Of a stretch of 64,000 nucleotides of DNA, positions 45,336-55,300 are shown piece after piece. Below the pieces are notes generated by a model, which was given only the letters and a program-made list of their open reading frames with translations, made no database searches and was not told where the DNA came from. Made by a program: the position numbers and the translations under genes. Every line of letters starts with the position of its first letter. Positions within the stretch are counted from its first letter, which is position 1. Source of the DNA: an uncultured Omnitrophica bacterium (GTDB lineage: Bacteria > Omnitrophota > Gorgyraeia > JACQQV01); assembly GCA_947085655.1 (NCBI GenBank), contig CAMTXH010000011.1:1515-65514 (forward strand), given 5' to 3'.

Positions 45336-46604
45336 ATGGAAGAGCTCCTTTCTGGGGATTTGGAAGCATTGAAGCGCCGGAATAAAAGTCTGGTTCTCTC
45401 CATTATCCATCAAAAGGGACCGATTTCCCGCGCGGAACTGACGCGGCTGACCCAGCTCAGCAAGGTCACGATTACACGGCTTGTGAAGGAACTTCTGGAA
45501 GAGGAGATGGTTCGCGAAACCGGGCTCGACGTCTCAAGCGGCGGCCGGCGGCCGATTCTCCTTGAACTCCATCCGGAATCCGGCTTTGTCATCGGGGTGG
45601 AAGTCGGACTTGAGTCGATCTGCGGCGGGATTGCGAACCTCAAGGGCGAGATCCTCATGGGGGTGAAACAGAAAAGCAAGGTCTTTGCCAACCGGGAGGA
45701 ACTCGTTCAGAAGATCAAGGGGGTGATCGATGAACTCCTTGAGAAATGCGACATCCGTTCCGATATCCGGCCCGAAAAAATCAAGGGGATCGGTGTTTCC
45801 ATTCCCGGTCTCATTGACAATGAGAAGGGCGTGATTCTGTTCGGCCACGTGGTGGATGAGAAAAATATCCCGGTCCGGGAACTGCTGAAGGCCCATTTTA
45901 CCTATCCGATTTACATTGATAACGACGCCAATGTGGGGATCCTCGGGGAGCGCTATGTCGGCGTGGGGCGCGATGTGCACAATATTTTGTATATCCACAT
46001 CAAACGATACGCCGAAGACCGGATGAGTCTCGGGTGCAGTTTTGTGATCAACGGGCAGATTTACCGGGGGGCAAGCCGGACCTCCGGCGAACTCGGGATC
46101 CGGCTGGTCGGGAAAAAAGATACCGCAGGTCTCAAGGAGACGGATTGGGTCGGTTACGAACCGTGGCTCATCGACCCCTCCATTGCGGAGCAGGCGGTTC
46201 AGCGGATTGTGGCGGGCGGGACGAGTCTTTTGAAAAAGATGGTGAACGACAACCTGGGCGCGATTACCGTCGACACCGTCATTGATGCGGCCCAGAAGGG
46301 GGATCGCTTGTCTTTGGATGTGCTGGAAGAAGTGGCTAAACGGCTCGGCGTCCGGGTCGCCTTTTTGGTGAATTTCCTGAACCCGGAACTGGTCGTGTTG
46401 GGAGGAGATCTTGTCCACGCAGGAGACCCTTTCCTGAAACCGCTCCGCGAGACCATCGGGAATTTTGCGTTTGAATCCCCCGCCCAGACCGTCACCGTGA
46501 AATTTTCAGACCTTCGCGGAGAATTCGGGGGCTGCGTCGGCGCCAGTTTCCTCGTCCTCTCCAATTTGTTCAGCCCTGCCGGTCTTGTCACCCAAAAAGA
46601 GTAG
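45336..46604 (+). CDS. ROK family transcriptional regulator (paralog)
   Basis: GPISRAEL, SSGGRRP, GVSIPG, IDNDAN and NFLNPELVVLGG. Confidence 0.92.
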   Translation: MEELLSGDLEALKRRNKSLVLSIIHQKGPISRAELTRLTQLSKVTITRLVKELLEEEMVRETGLDVSSGGRRPILLELHPESGFVIGVEVGLESICGGIANLKGEILMGVKQKSKVFANREELVQKIKGVIDELLEKCDIRSDIRPEKIKGIGVSIPGLIDNEKGVILFGHVVDEKNIPVRELLKAHFTYPIYIDNDANVGILGERYVGVGRDVHNILYIHIKRYAEDRMSLGCSFVINGQIYRGASRTSGELGIRLVGKKDTAGLKETDWVGYEPWLIDPSIAEQAVQRIVAGGTSLLKKMVNDNLGAITVDTVIDAAQKGDRLSLDVLEEVAKRLGVRVAFLVNFLNPELVVLGGDLVHAGDPFLKPLRETIGNFAFESPAQTVTVKFSDLRGEFGGCVGASFLVLSNLFSPAGLVTQKE

Positions 46605-47425
46605 ACGCTTTATATAACATATTATATTCTAAAATATTAGAAATAAATATAGACGTCCTGCCCAAGATTTGTTATATATAAACCTATGCCTTCTGTGCCA
46701 AGAACTCACCAGCTAGAACTATCTCTTTTCTATCACGTGATGAATCGAGGAAATTATCGTGCCGAAATTTTTCACGGAGAGAAAGATTATTTATACTTTC
46801 TCAAAATCCTCCAAGACTATTCGAGAGAAAATAGTATTTTTGTCTATCACTGGGCACTCATGCCAACTCATTACCATCTGCTTTTGGAAATCAATGAACC
46901 GCCGAAACTATCCAAAATTATGGCAGGGATTGCGCGATCCTATGTCCATTACCATCATCGTACGTATGAAAGCGCTGGTCATCTCTGGCAGGGACGTTTC
47001 AAATCTCAACCTATTCAGAAGGAGAGATACCTTTTATCATGTGGTAGATACATTGAAAGGAATCCTGTCAAAGCTGGCCTTGCGCAGCACCCCGAAGACT
47101 ATCCCTATAGTAGTGCGCGATACTATATTCACCACGAGCAAGACAACCTTACTACGAAGGACCCTCTCATCGAGACGTTTGGCAGGGATGCCGAAGAACA
47201 AACAAAAGGATACAAGACGTTTCTTGGGAATTTTGACACTCAGGAAGAAAATCAGTTTGAACGGTTTGAATTTCCTTTAGGCTCTCCAGAATTTAGACAC
47301 AAGCTATTGAGAGAAAAAGGTCTTTTTGTGCCAAAAAGAAGGATAGGCAGGCCGAAGGTTAACGCTAGAATTTAAGATTTATTTGTAACACATTTTAAAA
47401 AAATGGGATACGTAAAGCGTCTACT
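46600..47425 (+). mobile_element. AT-rich RAYT/Y1-transposase cassette bounded by 13-bp inverted repeats
   Basis: AGTAGACGCTTTA (46600-46612) and TAAAGCGTCTACT (47413-47425) are exact reverse complements. The interior is visibly more AT-rich than the flanks. Confidence 0.75.
46686..47375 (+). CDS. REP-associated tyrosine transposase-like (Y1_Tnp, HUH) protein
   Basis: YHVMNRGN, HUH motif MPTHYHLL, GHLWQGRFKS, catalytic RYIERNP and YPYSS. Confidence 0.9.
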   Translation: MPSVPRTHQLELSLFYHVMNRGNYRAEIFHGEKDYLYFLKILQDYSRENSIFVYHWALMPTHYHLLLEINEPPKLSKIMAGIARSYVHYHHRTYESAGHLWQGRFKSQPIQKERYLLSCGRYIERNPVKAGLAQHPEDYPYSSARYYIHHEQDNLTTKDPLIETFGRDAEEQTKGYKTFLGNFDTQEENQFERFEFPLGSPEFRHKLLREKGLFVPKRRIGRPKVNARI

Positions 47426-48752
47426 GCGAGAGGGAAAGCTCCGGGTGAGCATTTCAGGGATCCGGGGGATTGTCGGAACTTCTTTCACAGACACCCTCGT
47501 CGGTGAGTTTGCCTCCGCCTTTGCCCGTCTTGTCCGTTGCGGGAAGGTGTTGGTGGCGCAGGATACCCGCCCGAGCGGCCGTCACTTCCGCCGCATCGTC
47601 ATCCGGCGGCTTCGGGAGATGGGCTCTCCCGTTTTGGATATCGGCATCTGTCCGACGCCGACTGTCCTCATGTCCGTCCGCTCTTTAAGGACGCGGGGGG
47701 CCGTCATTGTGACCGCAAGCCACAATCCTTCCGGATGGAATGGGCTCAAGTTCGTCGGATCTGACGGGCAGTTTTTGGACCAGAAACAAATGGATAAACT
47801 CGTCCGCCTCCGCTTGCAGAAAAAATTCCCCAAATCCCGCCGAAAGGGAACGCTCACCCGGAATCCATCAGCCGTCTCGGATCATCTGAAACAGATTCTC
47901 CGTCACCTGGATGTTGCAACCATCCGGCGCCGCCGGTTTCGCATCGCGATCGATCCTTGTAACGGCACCGGTGCCGTCGCCACAGAGCGCTTTCTGAAAT
48001 CACTCGGTTGCCGGGTCTTTGTCATCAACGGAAGGCCGGACGGCCGGTTCACCCATCCGCCGGAGCCGACCCCGGCGCATCTGGAACAACTTTCCCGTCT
48101 TGTAAAAAGGAAAAAAGCGGATATCGGTTTTGCCCAGGACCCGGATGCGGACCGGCTTGGGATTGTGACGGACAAAGGGGAACCCTTGAGCGGAGAATAC
48201 ACCCTTGCGCTCGCCATCCAACGGATTCTTTCCCAACGGAAGACGCCCATTGTGGTGAATCTTTCTACCTCCCGGATGGTGGGGGATCTTGCCGGACGCT
48301 TCGGGCGAAAAGTCTATTACACCAAGATCGGGGAGCACCACGTTGTTCAGAAGATTAAAAAGATAAACGCGGCGATCGGGGGAGAGGGAAACGGCGGGGT
48401 GATTTATCCGAAAATCAACCCGGCCCGGGACAGTTTTGTCGGAATCGGCCTGATTTTGGAACTCCTTTCCCACATCCACCGGCCCGTTTCCGCATTGGTT
48501 CAAGCACTTCCCCGATATGTGATGATTCAGAGAAAACTTTCTCTCTCGCAGGATGGCGCAGGGATCCTCCTCAAACGGCTTGCCAAGCGGCTACCGGGAG
48601 GGAGGATCACCCGCTTAGACGGGGTCCGGATTGACCTGAAAGAAGGGTGGATCCATGCCCGCCCTTCCAATACCGAGCCGATCCTCCGCCTGATTGCGGA
48701 AGCCCCCACCAAAAGGGAGGCCGAACGCCTCCTCCGCCGCGCCCTTCCGTAG
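47403..48752 (+). CDS. Phosphohexomutase (phosphoglucosamine mutase / PGM-PMM family)
   Basis: SISGIRG, DTR.SG, TASHNP, DPDADR, GEGNGG and RPSNTEP. Substrate not determined. Confidence 0.92.
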   Translation: MGYVKRLLREGKLRVSISGIRGIVGTSFTDTLVGEFASAFARLVRCGKVLVAQDTRPSGRHFRRIVIRRLREMGSPVLDIGICPTPTVLMSVRSLRTRGAVIVTASHNPSGWNGLKFVGSDGQFLDQKQMDKLVRLRLQKKFPKSRRKGTLTRNPSAVSDHLKQILRHLDVATIRRRRFRIAIDPCNGTGAVATERFLKSLGCRVFVINGRPDGRFTHPPEPTPAHLEQLSRLVKRKKADIGFAQDPDADRLGIVTDKGEPLSGEYTLALAIQRILSQRKTPIVVNLSTSRMVGDLAGRFGRKVYYTKIGEHHVVQKIKKINAAIGGEGNGGVIYPKINPARDSFVGIGLILELLSHIHRPVSALVQALPRYVMIQRKLSLSQDGAGILLKRLAKRLPGGRITRLDGVRIDLKEGWIHARPSNTEPILRLIAEAPTKREAERLLRRALP

Positions 48753-48804
48753 AACCGTATCAAGACCATATCAAAAGCGACTTAACTTATTGTAAAGCAA
48801 TTAG

Positions 48805-48833
48805 TTGACAAAATTGTCGAGATGTGTTATACT
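48805..48833 (+). promoter_or_regulatory. Sigma70 promoter of the RND operon, with a palindrome over the -35
   Basis: TTGACA-17 nt-TATACT with an extended -10 TG. TTGACAAAATTGTCGA is a near-palindrome. Confidence 0.8.
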
Positions 48834-48855
48834 ATCCCCGTTTCATAGGACATCC

Positions 48856-51162
48856 ATGTCCAAAATCTCCCTTAAGGTCCTTTTAGCCGCCATAGGTACT
48901 TTTTTCCTCCTGACCAGCCCGGTTTGGGGGGATGGCCCATTAGACACTTCGTTGCTAACGGGGCAGGGCATCATCAAACTGACCGATATCCAAGTCCAGG
49001 AATTCGGCCGGATCTCCCAGGTCACACTTAAAACCACCGCCCCCGTAGACATTCTTGACTTCAAACTGGCCAATCCTCCCCGCGTGGTGGTCGATATGGT
49101 CGGGGGGAATATCTACAGTCTTGCCACCGAGCGGCTCCTTTTTGAAAGGGGCGCGGTGAAGGAGATCCGGAGCGCCCTCTTCCGGAAAGGCCCTGACGAT
49201 GCCTATCCGGGCCGGAAGGTTGATTCGGTCACGGTGGAACTCCGTTCGGATGCCAAATACCGGGTGGACCGGCGGGAGGGAGGAATCGTGATCGAGGTGG
49301 AGACTGGGGAGGGGCTTGAGGCCTTTTTGACCCCGCGGCCCGAACCGCCCCCTCTTTCCCTTTTTCTCCAGAGTCTTCCGAACGAAAAAAAGAGTTCGGA
49401 AGAGACGATGGCCGGAATCAGCAAGGAAATCTGGCAGCCGGATCCGAAAGTGATCGAGCCGCTGCCGGATATCTCTGTTTTATCCCTTGAAGAATGCGTT
49501 CAGATCGGTCTTGCCAATAACGGCCCCCTATCCCTCGTTAAAGAAGAGACCCGTCTTGCCCGCGCCCGGGTCATTGAAGCCCAGCGGGGCCTTTATCCGA
49601 CCGCCTCTTTAAAGTGGGCCGAGACGCGCGGAGAAGCAGGGCTCACAACCGCCGATTTTACCGGACGGGAATTCGCGCTGGAGGCGCAGCAACTCATCTT
49701 TGACGGCGGGAAGGCGGTCGCCCTCTACAAACAGGCGGAAGTCAACTACGAAGTCAGCCAGGCGACCCATGACCGGCTCCTCGCCGACACTCGTTATGAT
49801 GTGACCCAGGCCTATTATCAACTTGCCCGCCACAAACATGCCGTCGGGATCTACCGGGAAATCGTCGAGAAGACGAGGGCGGATCTGGAACGGAACCGCC
49901 GTCGGTACGATGTGGGGCTCAATCGGCGTCTTGATTTATTGGCGGTTGAATCGCAGTATCAGGATCTCATCCACCAAACGAAGGCGGTGGAGCGGGATCT
50001 GGAACTGGCGCGTCTTGCCCTCGGGCAGGCGATGAGTCTTCCCCCGACCGAAAAAGTGGATATCGTCGCCGACCTCGCCTACGAAGACATCGAAGTCGAT
50101 CTGAAAAGCGCGCTTCACCTTGCCCTTGCCAACCGCCCCGAGATTGAAGTGGGGGAACTGTTGGTCCAATTCAACCAGTACGGGAAGGAGGTGGCCGACA
50201 GTCAGGATAAATTTCAGATGAACCTCAGCGGCTCCCTCGGAAAACGCTCCGAGGTGTTTGAGGTCGAAGAAAAAGAGCTTCAGACCGAATGGTTTTTGGG
50301 CTTGAGCGTTTCCCATCCGTGGGGAAAGAATACCGTCACGTCCGAAACGATCCTGCAAGACCGCGCTCCGGCCGTCGGTCAGTTCACCAGTTCAAAATTC
50401 CAAAGCCATACCTTCCGCGTCTCCCTCTACGACCGGCTTGAGTCGGGAAAAGTTGAGGCCTCGCTCCGGCTGGAAGAGGCGATTGAAGAATTGGAACGGA
50501 CAAGACGGGTCGTGACCTACGAAACCCAGCAATCCTATTACGATTATCTCCGGGCGCTTGAGCGGGTCCAGACGACGGCGCTGGATGTGGCGCTTGCGGA
50601 TGAGACCGAGAGAGTCGTCCGGGCCCAGACCGTCTTGGATGAAGCAAAGATCCAGGAGTTGTTTGACGTGGCCTCCCGCCTCCTTCAGGTCAAATCCTCC
50701 CATCTGGAGGCGCTGGCCACCTATCATACCTCTGTCGCGGGGATGAACCGCGCCATCGGCATCGATGGGTACTTCCGTTCCAAGGAAGCCAAGATCACGG
50801 AACGTCCGCTTACCAAGGAAGTCCGGCATCTTCTCCGGGGTCGGGATGAATTGTGGGGGGTCGCTTTCGAAGAAGGAAAGGCGGAGCCAGGAACGGCGCA
50901 CGTGATCTACGTGAGTCCCAAAAACGACTTTGTCATTATCAACCGGGGCAACAATGCGAATGTGCGGGAGGGGATGGTTTTTACCCTGATGCGGGACGGC
51001 AAGGAGATGGCGGAGGTGAAGGCGATCCGGATCGCCGAGAAAGCGGCGGCCTGTGAAATCGTCGCAACCCGAACCATCCACCCGGTCCAGGTTTGGGATG
51101 AAGTCCAGCCGAGGAGACTCTATGGCGTTCAAAGAATCGCTGAAGAAACTCCGAGAGAATAA
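48856..51162 (+). CDS. TolC-family outer membrane factor with an N-terminal AMIN-like domain and a C-terminal FlgT_C-like beta domain
   Basis: Signal peptide, AMIN-like FKLANPPRVVVD, OEP repeats (LSLEECVQIGLANN, QLIFDGG, ALANRPE), and C-terminal FVIINRG...VREGMVF. Confidence 0.85.
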   Translation: MSKISLKVLLAAIGTFFLLTSPVWGDGPLDTSLLTGQGIIKLTDIQVQEFGRISQVTLKTTAPVDILDFKLANPPRVVVDMVGGNIYSLATERLLFERGAVKEIRSALFRKGPDDAYPGRKVDSVTVELRSDAKYRVDRREGGIVIEVETGEGLEAFLTPRPEPPPLSLFLQSLPNEKKSSEETMAGISKEIWQPDPKVIEPLPDISVLSLEECVQIGLANNGPLSLVKEETRLARARVIEAQRGLYPTASLKWAETRGEAGLTTADFTGREFALEAQQLIFDGGKAVALYKQAEVNYEVSQATHDRLLADTRYDVTQAYYQLARHKHAVGIYREIVEKTRADLERNRRRYDVGLNRRLDLLAVESQYQDLIHQTKAVERDLELARLALGQAMSLPPTEKVDIVADLAYEDIEVDLKSALHLALANRPEIEVGELLVQFNQYGKEVADSQDKFQMNLSGSLGKRSEVFEVEEKELQTEWFLGLSVSHPWGKNTVTSETILQDRAPAVGQFTSSKFQSHTFRVSLYDRLESGKVEASLRLEEAIEELERTRRVVTYETQQSYYDYLRALERVQTTALDVALADETERVVRAQTVLDEAKIQELFDVASRLLQVKSSHLEALATYHTSVAGMNRAIGIDGYFRSKEAKITERPLTKEVRHLLRGRDELWGVAFEEGKAEPGTAHVIYVSPKNDFVIINRGNNANVREGMVFTLMRDGKEMAEVKAIRIAEKAAACEIVATRTIHPVQVWDEVQPRRLYGVQRIAEETPRE

Positions 51163-52348
51163 GAATTTTTGGAAGATTTTCAGGTCCGTCGGGATTTTCT
51201 GCATCGTGGCGGCGCTCGGAATTTATCTGACCCCTCAGCTGAAAAAGTGGCGGGAGAAAATCACCCAGGCGCGGCTGGAGACCCAGCGGAAGGAGCAGGA
51301 GGAGCAGGAGCGCCGCGCAGGTCGCGAGCGGAAACTTCCGGTCCGGACGTATAAAATCTCGCGGCAGGATTTCAAGGATACCCTTCCGGTTCTCGGCGCG
51401 GTAAAGGGAATGACGGAGCTGGACCTGAAGTTCCCGATTTCGGGGACGGTGGCGAGCATCAACTTCAAGGAAGGAGAACTGGTCAAAAAAGGCGAGGTGA
51501 TTACTACCCTCGATCAGCGGGATGCCCTTTTAAAGGTGAGTTACAACGAATCCCGTCTCAAATCGGCGGAGACCGCGCTTGAGGCGGCCCAGAAAAAACT
51601 CGAAATCCATGAGGATCTTTACCGGATCAATGCCATTATTGAACCGCGTCTCCAGGAAATCCGTCTGGAGAGGGACAGTGCCCGGCATCAGATGGAGACG
51701 GTTCGCGCCGAACTCGATTCCGCCCGTTCCGAGCTGGACAAAACCCTCCTCTACGCTTCGCAGGACGGTGTCATCGGGGCGCGGGATATCGAGGTGGGGG
51801 AATTTGTAACGCCGAATGACCGGGTGTTCACATTGGTCGACATCCAGGAAGTCCATATCGACGTCGGGATTATTGAGCGGGACATCAACAAAGTTGCCCT
51901 CGGGCAGGGGGCCTCGGTCCGCGTGGATGCGTATCCGCGGGAGGAATTCTGGGGGGTCATCGACAATATCTTTCCGATTGTGGAAGGGGGCTCCCGGACC
52001 CTCACCGCCAAGGTCCGCGTACCAAACGACAAGGAAACGGGTCTCCTCCTCCCAGGGATGTTTGCCCGCGTGCAGGTGAATCTGGCCGAGTTTGAAAAGG
52101 CGATTATTGTCCCGAGTGTGAGCGTGAACGACTTAGACCGCGATGGGACCTTCGAAAGTGTCTATGTGATTGATGCAGAAGATGTGGCGCACGTCCGGCC
52201 GGTGAAAGTCCTTTATGACAAATCCACCGACTTCTGGGTCATCCAGGAAGGACTCCAGGAAGGGGAACTGGTCGTGGTCGAAGCGCCGGAGTCCCTGAAG
52301 GAAGGGGACAAGGTTCAGGTCATCGAAATCCAGGAAGGAACAACGTAA
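51122..52348 (+). CDS. RND periplasmic adaptor (membrane fusion protein)
   Basis: N-terminal TM, lipoyl half-motifs SGTVASINFKEGELVKKG and A..DGVI...EVGEFV, then LLPGMF and GLQEGELVV. ATG 51122 has a GAGGAG RBS. Confidence 0.92.
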   Translation: MAFKESLKKLRENKNFWKIFRSVGIFCIVAALGIYLTPQLKKWREKITQARLETQRKEQEEQERRAGRERKLPVRTYKISRQDFKDTLPVLGAVKGMTELDLKFPISGTVASINFKEGELVKKGEVITTLDQRDALLKVSYNESRLKSAETALEAAQKKLEIHEDLYRINAIIEPRLQEIRLERDSARHQMETVRAELDSARSELDKTLLYASQDGVIGARDIEVGEFVTPNDRVFTLVDIQEVHIDVGIIERDINKVALGQGASVRVDAYPREEFWGVIDNIFPIVEGGSRTLTAKVRVPNDKETGLLLPGMFARVQVNLAEFEKAIIVPSVSVNDLDRDGTFESVYVIDAEDVAHVRPVKVLYDKSTDFWVIQEGLQEGELVVVEAPESLKEGDKVQVIEIQEGTT

Positions 52349-52357
52349 GCGTTCCTG

Positions 52358-55300
52358 ATGAGTCTCGCCTCTTTTTCCGTCCGGCGACCCGTGACGGTTT
52401 TCATGTTCTATCTGGGCCTTATTCTTCTGGGGACCATTTCCTGGTTCAAACTCCCCCAGGAGCTTTTCCCGCCGATTACCTATCCGCAGCTTTCCGTCAT
52501 CAGCCGCTATGAGAATGCCGCTCCGGAAGAAATAGAAAGTCTCATCACCAAAATCATTGAGGAAGCCGTTGGAACGGCTCAAAATTCCCGCCGGGTAACC
52601 TCTACCTCCCGCGAAGGTCTTTCCATTGTCACGGTCGAGTTCAACTGGGGGACCAACATGGACGTGGCGAGTCTCAATGTTCGGGAGAAGATAGACCTCG
52701 TCAAGGAACGGCTGCCGCGGGATGCGAAGGAGCCGGTGGTCGTTAAATACAACCCCTTTGAACTCCCAGTCATGATTTTGAGCGTCTCGGGGGAAGTTCC
52801 TGCCAATGAACTTTTGGAAATCTCCCGGCGGGTGATCAAGGACGAAATCGAAAAGCTGGAAGGAGTAGCATCGGCCAACATCTCGGGTGGGCTCGACCGG
52901 GAAATCGCGGTGGATGTGAATGCGGCGCGTCTTGAGGCGGCCGGCGTCCCCTTGAATGATGTTGTCCAGGCGGTCGCCAATGCAAACCTGAACTTTCCGG
53001 CCGGGACGATCAAGGAGAGTTTCTACGAATTTCTGATCCGGACGATCGGGGAATTCGAACGGATTCACGAAATCGACGATATCGTTGTCAAGGTCACGGA
53101 GCCGGAGCGGCTGAAACAGCAAGAAGAGGCCTTCCGGAAGGCGGTCGGGGAGCCCCCCCTTCATCCGGAGGATCTCGGCCGTCCGGTCCGGATCAAGGAC
53201 ATCGCCGTTGTGCGGGATACGCTCAAAGAGCGGACGAGTTACTCCCGGTATAACGGCGAAGAAAACGTCTCCATCTCCATCCAGAAACAGGCGCAGGCCA
53301 ACACCCTTTCGGTTGCGAAGAGCATCAAAAAGGTGACCCTTTCTTTGAAGCCGATCCTCGAGCGGCGGGGGATCACGATGAACGTCGTCTACGACAAATC
53401 CCAGTTTATCCGGGATGCGATTGACGGACTCCGGGACGACTCTATCCAGGGAGGGTTTTTGGCGTTTCTGATTCTGTTTCTTTTCCTGGGGGATATCTGG
53501 AGCGCTCTCATCGTCGCCACCCTTATCCCGATTTGCATCTGGACGACTTTTTCCCTGATGTATTTCGGGAATCTCACCATCAATCTCATGTCCCTCGGGG
53601 GACTTGCCCTCGGCGTCGGCATGATGGTGGATACCGGTATCGTCGTCATTGACAATATCTTTCAATACCGTCAACAGGGAAAACTCGCTCACGAAGCCGC
53701 TTTTCGGGGGACGGAGGAGGTGGGGAGCGCCATTGCCGGTTCGGTGCTGACAACGGTGGCCGTTTTTCTGCCGCTGGTGTATGTGACCGGGATTGCAGGA
53801 CAGCTCTTCCGGGAACTGGCCCTGACCGTGACTTTTTCTTTGATGGCCTCTTTGGTCGTGGCCCTTTCCCTGATGCCTGCCTTGGCGAGGTATGCGGGCG
53901 GCAGGCCAGAGGGTAGACGGACACGCCCCACCCTTTTTGCAACCATACAACAATGGTTCCCTGCCTTCGTGACGAAAGTCGAGACATGGTACCAGGATGT
54001 GCTTCGGGGCATTCTTGAGCGCAGAAGGACGTTCATGCTGCTCACGCTTTTTATGTTTTTCGTAAGTCTCATCATCCTCGGCACGCGGGACCGGGAGTTT
54101 CTCCCGAAGGTCGACCAGGGACAGTTCATCATGAAGATGGACTTAAAATCCGGCGCCCGGCTGGACATCACAAACCGGGTCGCCGGAGAGGTTGAAGGAC
54201 TTCTCTTCACCCTTCCGGAATTGGACAACGTCACCGTCAACGTCGGTTCAAGCCGCGAATCTTCCCAGGGGGAAGAGATTGAGACGCTCGGTTCCCATCA
54301 GGCCCAGTTTGTCGTGAATCTTAAAGAGGAGCGGGAACGCACCACAACGGAGGTGGTTCAGTTTTTGAAGACGGTGATCGATCGGATGGAACTGGAGGGG
54401 GCGGAGGTGGAATACGTGGTTCAAGGAACCGTCTTTGCCTCCGCCATTGAACAGGGAGAGCCGATTGTCATCGAGGTCAAAGGACATGACCTTCACACCC
54501 TGGAACGGCTGGCAACGGAATTACATGCGTCTTTGTCCCATATCACAGGCACGTTTGGGGTCAAGACGAGCCAGAGCGAACCCTCTCCGGAGACCAAGGT
54601 TCACGTGCTGAAGGACCGCGCGGCTCTTCATAATCTTTCTGTCACCTCCATCGCCCAAACCGCCCAGATCGCTGTGAAAGGGGTCGTGGCGACCAAATTC
54701 AAAGAGGGAGGGCGTGAAATCGATGTGCGGGTCCGGCTTCGGCCGGAGGACCGGAAAAATTTCGAAAAACTCCGGAGAATCCCGCTTCAAACTCCTTTGA
54801 AACAGATTGTCCCGATCTCCGAGGTGGCTTATTTCGCGAAGGGGCTTGGCCCCAGCGAAATCAAGCGGTTGAACCAGTCCCGGGTGATTCTGGTCCTGTC
54901 CAATTTTGCCGGGCGGGGATTCAGTGCCATCGCGAAGGATATTCAGACGGCCATCGACCGTCTGAAGATGCCTGCCGGCTTCACCGTCCGACTGACTGGG
55001 GAGAAGGAACGGGTCAGCGAGTCTTTCCAGAGTCTCCGGTTCGCCTTGATTCTTTCCCTGGCTCTCGTCTATATGATCATGGCGGCAGAGTTTGAGTCGC
55101 TCTGGAAGCCGTTTGTCATTTTCCTCACGGTTCCGATGTCGCTCATCGGCGTGGCGATCGGACTTTTCGCGATGGGCCTTTCGGTGAATGCGCTGGTGTT
55201 GCTCGGCGTCATCCTTCTCGGCGGGATCGTGGTGGATAACGGAATCGTGTTGATTGAAGCGGTTAATCTGCTGCAGAAGGAGGGTCTTCCTCTGGAAGAG

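Noticed and set aside
46686-47375. IS200/IS605 element with TnpB or an RNA-guided partner
   Set aside because: No tnpB/iscB ORF and no room for an omega-RNA. The protein length and motifs fit RAYT-like Y1 enzymes.
47403-48752. Assigning the symbol glmM
   Set aside because: The motifs cannot separate GlmM from PGM/PMM by eye, and the GH94 context would equally suit a phosphoglucomutase.
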